A stretch of DNA of 44,021 nucleotides from Stramenopiles sp. TOSAG23-6 (lineage: Eukaryota): positions 1 to 44,021 of the forward strand of contig LT635930.1 in assembly GCA_900128565.1 (NCBI GenBank), in the 5' to 3' direction. Both the position numbers and the translations under genes were made by a program. Of this stretch, positions 43,301 through 44,021 are shown piece by piece (the first letter of the stretch is position 1; each line of letters begins with the position of its first letter). Below the pieces are notes generated by a model. It saw nothing but the letters and a program-made list of their open reading frames with translations, made no database searches and was not told the DNA's origin.

Positions 43301-44021
43301 ATTGAGGATCATCAACATTATAATGACGATGAACATGAATATGATACTCATTTTTTGTATCTATAACAGTTACCATATCACCAACATCAAATAATGAAAC
43401 AGCTCCGACAAATTGTGCACCTCTAGGTAAATCTTTCCAAGCTATACCTTGATCTATACCATTCAAATAAAAGCGAAGTGTTCCCATTGTTGCATCTAAT
43501 TCAACATCTATCACACTACCAGGTTCCTTGAATTTTTGACCATATGGTGTACTTGCCGGACCACCATGTCCTTTCTTACCGTTAGATTGATAATATCCCC
43601 AGCCTTTATTAGTTTTATTAACATAACTATCCATATCAACATCACGAAGACATACACCAACAGTAGCTTTTGTCCCCTTATCAATACGAAATCCCCATTT
43701 GGCTTTCCCCGAAGATACAACTGGTCCAATAATTACTAAACCTTTTCCCCAACTTTTAGAAATCTTTTTGAATTGATTTCCATTCTGTTGAATTTGTGTA
43801 CCTTTAGCTAAAATTTCAGGAGATACTAAAACACGAGGATCTGGAACGTTTGGAGGAACTATACGAGGATCACGTGGTACAGGCACAATTGCAGGGGGCG
43901 GCGATACATTGTGGTTTCTTCTTTGTTCGTATCTGCATCCCATTAAAGTGACTTGATCACCTAAAGCAAATAATGAAACAGCTCCGACAAATTGTGCACC
44001 TCTAGGTAAATCTTTCCAAGC
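40302..44021 (-). CDS. Multi-SPRY (>=6) + SAM + C-terminal ubiquitin-like domain protein, 5'-truncated by the window edge
   Basis: Five full repeats GKAKW.F...ATVGV...GWGYYQSNG...LDATMGTLRFYLNG. The frame stays open upstream of 43943 (AWKDLPRGAQFVGAVSLF). SAM-like EMKIRPVHRRIL and Ubl VKEKIARLEGV...LIFGGRQMED. Confidence 0.88.
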   Translation of the reverse strand, partial: AWKDLPRGAQFVGAVSLFALGDQVTLMGCRYEQRRNHNVSPPPAIVPVPRDPRIVPPNVPDPRVLVSPEILAKGTQIQQNGNQFKKISKSWGKGLVIIGPVVSSGKAKWGFRIDKGTKATVGVCLRDVDMDSYVNKTNKGWGYYQSNGKKGHGGPASTPYGQKFKEPGSVIDVELDATMGTLRFYLNGIDQGIAWKDLPRGAQFVGAVSLFDVGDMVTVIDTKNEYHIHVHRHYNVDDPQSPKHIVIGDANGPPIVPIALPVMKNLNEAALVISHGSAIEALPASGFIKISRSWENGLVIFGPVVSSGKAKWRVRIDKGTKATVGVCLRDVDMDSYVNKTNKGWGYYQSNGKKGHGGPASTPYGQKFKEPGSVIDVELDATMGTLRFYLNGIDQGIAWKDLPRGAQFVGAVSLFDVGDMVTIIDVKKKDVAPLISPHQNIHDEKHEDVINNKARRRSSSVQKHKKASSAAASLVFAKGAATKVSGNVLSKSTRSWENGMILVGAPVSSGKAMWSFRLEKGTKATVGVCLRDVDMDSYVNQTEKGWGYYQSNGKKGHGGPASTPYGERYRECRSVVDVELDATMGTLRFYLNGVDQGVAWTDLPKGAQFVGAVSLFDAGDAVTVLAAHGLSSHADGLVIPDTSGLFGKSPVLAMSSSVRSGMAPFATEFSPALHSVIKVGSGWQNGLVLVGPVVVTGKARWSFRVDSGTKATVGVCLRDVDMKSYVNKTNKGWGYYQSNGKKGHAGPASTPYGQKFKEAGSIIDVELDATMGTLRFYLNGVDQGVAWSDLKLPVGKNNGFTGAFSLYGHGDGVSILKCVTVASGRPFPGILEGLKSPAATKRQLDKECDLNQGLEAAAREKELIVRATTAHTKVWAPTVVDRGASTKVERGKDNQIKIKKSATSWDNGIVLIGPVVNAGKAQWSFILKKGTKATVGVCLRDVEIDSYVNKTDKGWGYYQSNGKKGHGGPASDLYGDRFVESESVVDVELDATMGTLRFYLNGVDQGVAWADLPRGESYVGAVSLYEKGDSCEIYDVPPPPQLNASPSNSTKDNTTLSLDIANLDRENRVVRWISSLGLHDRIVCYVTKAFEHEGFDTLSACSLITTEDMEEMKIRPVHRRILLPGIQKLSVNENINNQMLGIGESQFSINSSMGNMSLSQSDILGQIRLQIKRIDGTFISVLCLTSDLVQQVKEKIARLEGVEANRVLLIFGGRQMEDRQSLHFHGVHEENVLQMLVKTQ
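42750..43744. repeat. Near-identical ~385-bp SPRY-coding direct repeats (~42750-43135 and ~43359-43744, offset 609)
   Basis: Only a handful of mismatches visible. A further identical stretch begins at ~43969. Confidence 0.9.

Noticed and set aside
1-44021. tRNA/rRNA genes, transposase or other autonomous mobile element
   Set aside because: None recognisable by eye in this window. The many short antisense ORFs are shadows of the real genes.

Overview
Gene-dense, AT-rich eukaryotic DNA with short intergenic spacers. It is probably a protist; stramenopile-like is an inference. About 15 protein-coding genes are present: a Rab GTPase, a Rieske protein, an Asp/Asn beta-hydroxylase, a DEAD-box helicase, an LRR/Cys-rich membrane protein, a Tubby-like protein, the DNA primase large subunit, a FAM161-like protein, a ~4,900-aa TRANK1-like helicase, a family II pyrophosphatase, a multi-SPRY/SAM/ubiquitin-like protein and several hypotheticals. 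The key observation is that several genes are broken by a repetitive family of 91-108 nt insertions (13 clear copies plus a few divergent ones), always sense to the host gene. They have a U2-type 5' end (GTAYGT) and a branch-like TACCTAAC, but end in AT rather than AG (T|GT...AT, usually AT|GT...AT|G). Removing them at these boundaries restores conserved motifs, including DEAD-box motif VI, where no AG exists inside the insertion. One canonical G|GT...AG intron and one probable A|GT...AA intron coexist, suggesting a rule N|GT...AN. The elements look like introner-type mobile introns with short inverted ends. All splice sites are inferred from DNA alone and are ambiguous by 1-5 nt because of flanking direct repeats.
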